DNA from: Promethearchaeota archaeon
GTDB lineage: Archaea; Asgardarchaeota; Lokiarchaeia; Sigyniarchaeales; SOKP01
DNA: 44,788 nucleotides
Direction of reading: 5' to 3'
NCBI GenBank assembly: GCA_004524535.1
Contig: SDNY01000012.1
Coordinates: forward strand, 1-44,788
In this document: positions 42,291 to 44,788 of the stretch, piece after piece
Numbering within the stretch: position 1 is the stretch's first letter
Layout of the letters: each line of letters begins with the position of its first letter
Program-made: the position numbers and the translations under genes
Notes under the pieces: generated by a model
The model's input: only the letters and a program-made list of their open reading frames with translations
Told to the model about the DNA's origin: nothing
The model's database searches: none

Positions 42291-42440
42291 GACAACCGCA
42301 TCCTTCTATAAATTATTAAATATCACTGCTTCTGATAAACTTAGATTCATTTTTTTCTACTGACATCTATTTAATTTTAAACTTATAAATATTTAACCTT
42401 TTTTTTAACCTTAAGGAAATCAAATTATAAGATTTTTAAT

Positions 42441-43268
42441 CTAAAAATACATCAAGAGCCCTAAACTAATTAAAACAATTGCCACAAAACACTGGAGCGT
42501 GACTTTTGGCATTTTATTTGAAATTTTTGCTCCTATTATCGATCCTAGAACTGCCCCAATCCCAATAATTATCCCTATTAAATAATGTATTTTTCCAATA
42601 ATTACTTTGACAATGGTATTAAATATTGCTGTAAAAAATATAATAGAGGTTGATATTGCCGTTGAATTATGAATTGGATATCCTAAGACAATATTAAGAG
42701 TGGGTACCATAACTACGCCTCCTCCAATTCCTATTAAATTAGCTAAAAATCCTGCTAACATAAATAATGGGATGCTTTTTTTAAGATTGGCTTTATAATC
42801 GAAATCTTTAAATGAAAAATCCTGTAATTCCTTATCATCAGTTTGATTTTTTAAATTTTTATGGGTCTTTATTGCTTTATATATCATGTTTAATCCGGTG
42901 ATTAACATAACCGTTGCAAATATTAATCTTAAAGCTGTATTATCTATTTTGATTATTAAAAAGATTATTGTGCAAATTAAACTTCCTAAAATAGTAAATC
43001 CTGCTAATATTATCGATAATTTTAAATCGGTCCTTCCTTGTTTTAGATAAGTGAGGAACCCTGCTCCCGAAGCAATTAAAATTATAAAAGTAGAGGTGTC
43101 TATTGCTTCATTTATTGGAATAATAAAGAAAAGTGTTAAAATTGAGACGATAATCACACCAGCTCCGATACCTGCAATAGTACCGATCATCCCAACAATT
43201 AACCCAAAAATTAGTAAAATAATTATTTGCCATAAAAGTTCCATATTAAATGTAGAAATTTGGCACAT
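42441..43268 (-). CDS. Sulfite exporter TauE/SafE family protein
   Basis: Duplicated GIGAG/GIGGG...P motifs, AIDTS/AISTS, about 8 TM helices. Confidence 0.9.
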   Translation of the reverse strand: MCQISTFNMELLWQIIILLIFGLIVGMIGTIAGIGAGVIIVSILTLFFIIPINEAIDTSTFIILIASGAGFLTYLKQGRTDLKLSIILAGFTILGSLICTIIFLIIKIDNTALRLIFATVMLITGLNMIYKAIKTHKNLKNQTDDKELQDFSFKDFDYKANLKKSIPLFMLAGFLANLIGIGGGVVMVPTLNIVLGYPIHNSTAISTSIIFFTAIFNTIVKVIIGKIHYLIGIIIGIGAVLGSIIGAKISNKMPKVTLQCFVAIVLISLGLLMYF

Positions 43269-43376
43269 AATTATTATTTTTCTAATTATTTTTAAAAAGA
43301 TAATAAAAGGAAAATCACTAATAATATTATATTAATCAATTATTTAAGATAATTAAATACTTAATTAAAGAATTAA

Positions 43377-43784
43377 TTGGGGTTTAACTTGACCGACAAG
43401 GATATGCCAGTACTGGAATTAAAACCATGCTCTCGATGTGGAAATCCTTTTTTAGTTAGTAAAGACGAAGATTTAAAGAAAATTGTGTGTGAAAATTGCA
43501 TTAAATTAGAACAGAGAAAACGAGAATTACAACTTGGCGTGTTTGATAATGTAATTGAAGTAGAAAACAAAATGGAAGCCAGCATAAATGAGATGAAAAA
43601 TACTTTAACTTTATCAAAAGGAACTTTCAATAAACAATTTTATATGAATAAAATTAAGAAACGAGCTGAAGCTCTCTGGAGATCGATTGAATTGATTGAG
43701 AAAATTGAGGAAACTAAAGAAGAAAAGTATATTGATGAATATAAAGAAATGTTTGAACAATTGAAAACCGATTTTAACGATTAA
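43377..43784 (+). CDS. Hypothetical Zn-finger plus coiled-coil protein
   Basis: CSRCG...CENC followed by long charged helices; start may be ATG at MPVLE. Confidence 0.7.
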   Translation: MGFNLTDKDMPVLELKPCSRCGNPFLVSKDEDLKKIVCENCIKLEQRKRELQLGVFDNVIEVENKMEASINEMKNTLTLSKGTFNKQFYMNKIKKRAEALWRSIELIEKIEETKEEKYIDEYKEMFEQLKTDFND

Positions 43785-43800
43785 GGCATTAAAGGAACAA

Positions 43801-44601
43801 TTATTTTACCTGTTTTTTAAATATAAACGCAATATTCATTACTTTTTTTAGCGAATGATATTTTGCGTCAATTTTCATTAATTTTGCTCCAATATTAACT
43901 ATTATGTCCCAAAACACACGAAAAATAATATTTGAACCATACCAATTTCGTAATTTTATTAAATTTTCTTCTGTTTTTTTAGGATTAACTGATTGAATGT
44001 CAGCAATTTTCATAAATTTTCCATATACTCCAAAAGTTCTTATGTTTTTCAAATCATATTTCTCGAAAAGAGAATAGATTTGTTCAATTTCATATCTCCT
44101 ATAATGCCCTATTAGTTGGTCTTGATAAGTATAATTCTCCATTCTATGGGGCACCGTTATAATAGCGACTCCATTCTCTTTTAGGACTCTACTTATTTCT
44201 GATATTGCCATTTTATCGTTTTTAATATGTTCTAAGACATCAAGAGCGCTAATAAAGTCAAAGCATTTATCACGATAGGGTAATCTCGTGAGATCTCCAC
44301 ATATAGGATGCCAAAATTGATTTAAGACTCCATTTTCTGAATTCTTTAAATTAATTTTAGAATATTGCTTTAATGGTAAGTATGCAATATCAAAAGTAGA
44401 TCTATGTGCAATATTTCCTAAAAAATACAAAAACGAATTTCCTGAAGAGCCCAAATCAATTCCGTTTTTAAAATTTATTTTTGACCCTATATTTGCTTTT
44501 AAAAGATCAAATTTACATTTTATACCTGGAGAAATAAGATACTCTGATATTGTTCTTTGAGAAAAATTTGTGTGTGCCTCGTAAAATCTTTTTTTATTCA
44601 T
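43801..44601 (-). CDS. Class I SAM-dependent methyltransferase (Methyltransf_11-like)
   Basis: IDLGSSG, GDLTRLPY...FDFISALDVLEHI, RVLKENG...TVP, GHYRRY. Confidence 0.88.
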   Translation of the reverse strand: MNKKRFYEAHTNFSQRTISEYLISPGIKCKFDLLKANIGSKINFKNGIDLGSSGNSFLYFLGNIAHRSTFDIAYLPLKQYSKINLKNSENGVLNQFWHPICGDLTRLPYRDKCFDFISALDVLEHIKNDKMAISEISRVLKENGVAIITVPHRMENYTYQDQLIGHYRRYEIEQIYSLFEKYDLKNIRTFGVYGKFMKIADIQSVNPKKTEENLIKLRNWYGSNIIFRVFWDIIVNIGAKLMKIDAKYHSLKKVMNIAFIFKKQVK

Positions 44602-44680
44602 TAGAATGGTTTTAAATTATTATTTCGTAATTAAATAGAAAAAAAATAAATTAGTTAATTTGAAAAAAGAAGGGTACAAA

Positions 44681-44788
44681 TTATTCTTGACTCTTGTACA
44701 TTGAGTACCCAATAAGATAGGCCAAAATAACTACTCCAAACGAAATCGCACCGGCAATATAGAACCACCTTCCAAGCTCTCCTAAAAG
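44681..44788 (-). CDS. C-terminal fragment of a membrane protein running off the window
   Basis: Open frame LLGELGRWFYIAGAISFGVVILAYLIGYSMYKSQE* ending at TAA 44683-44681. Confidence 0.6.
   Translation of the reverse strand, partial: LLGELGRWFYIAGAISFGVVILAYLIGYSMYKSQE

Noticed and set aside
42291-42350. In-frame upstream ATG...TAG extension of the UbiA gene (MNLSLSEAVIFNNL*KDAVV) as pyrrolysine read-through
   Set aside because: The UbiA domain is complete from 42290, no pyl genes are in the window, and a short AT-rich open frame is expected by chance.

Overview
AT-rich, gene-dense archaeal window. Gene content points to an Asgard archaeon, most likely Lokiarchaeia (inference): ESCRT-II/ESCRT-III/Vps4 cluster, longin/roadblock-like proteins, an IPGY-type C-terminal sorting signal, eS1/uS15 and BHB-type tRNA introns. 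It holds about 40 CDS (ribosome biogenesis, ESCRT, nickel-pincer/NikR, a histone-fold protein, RNase III, glycoside hydrolases, radical SAM enzymes, transporters) and two tRNAs. No CRISPR array or mobile element was seen. The main finding is absent from the ORF track: a small membrane-anchored ORF at 8277..8534 (+) with an in-frame TGA in an SGGGG-U-G-C context, followed 30 nt after its TAA by a eukaryote-type SECIS-like hairpin (AUGA/GA core, 8-bp perfect stem, A-rich loop). This suggests a candidate undescribed selenoprotein with partial resemblance to eukaryotic SelK/SelS. Also notable: a tRNA-Gly(GCC) with two BHB introns (37/38 and 53/54), a GG-less ubiquitin-like ORF, a possible DENN-like protein, a tailed short histone and a TFS-like protein lacking its catalytic ribbon. 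All family calls come from motif recognition by eye; no searches were run.
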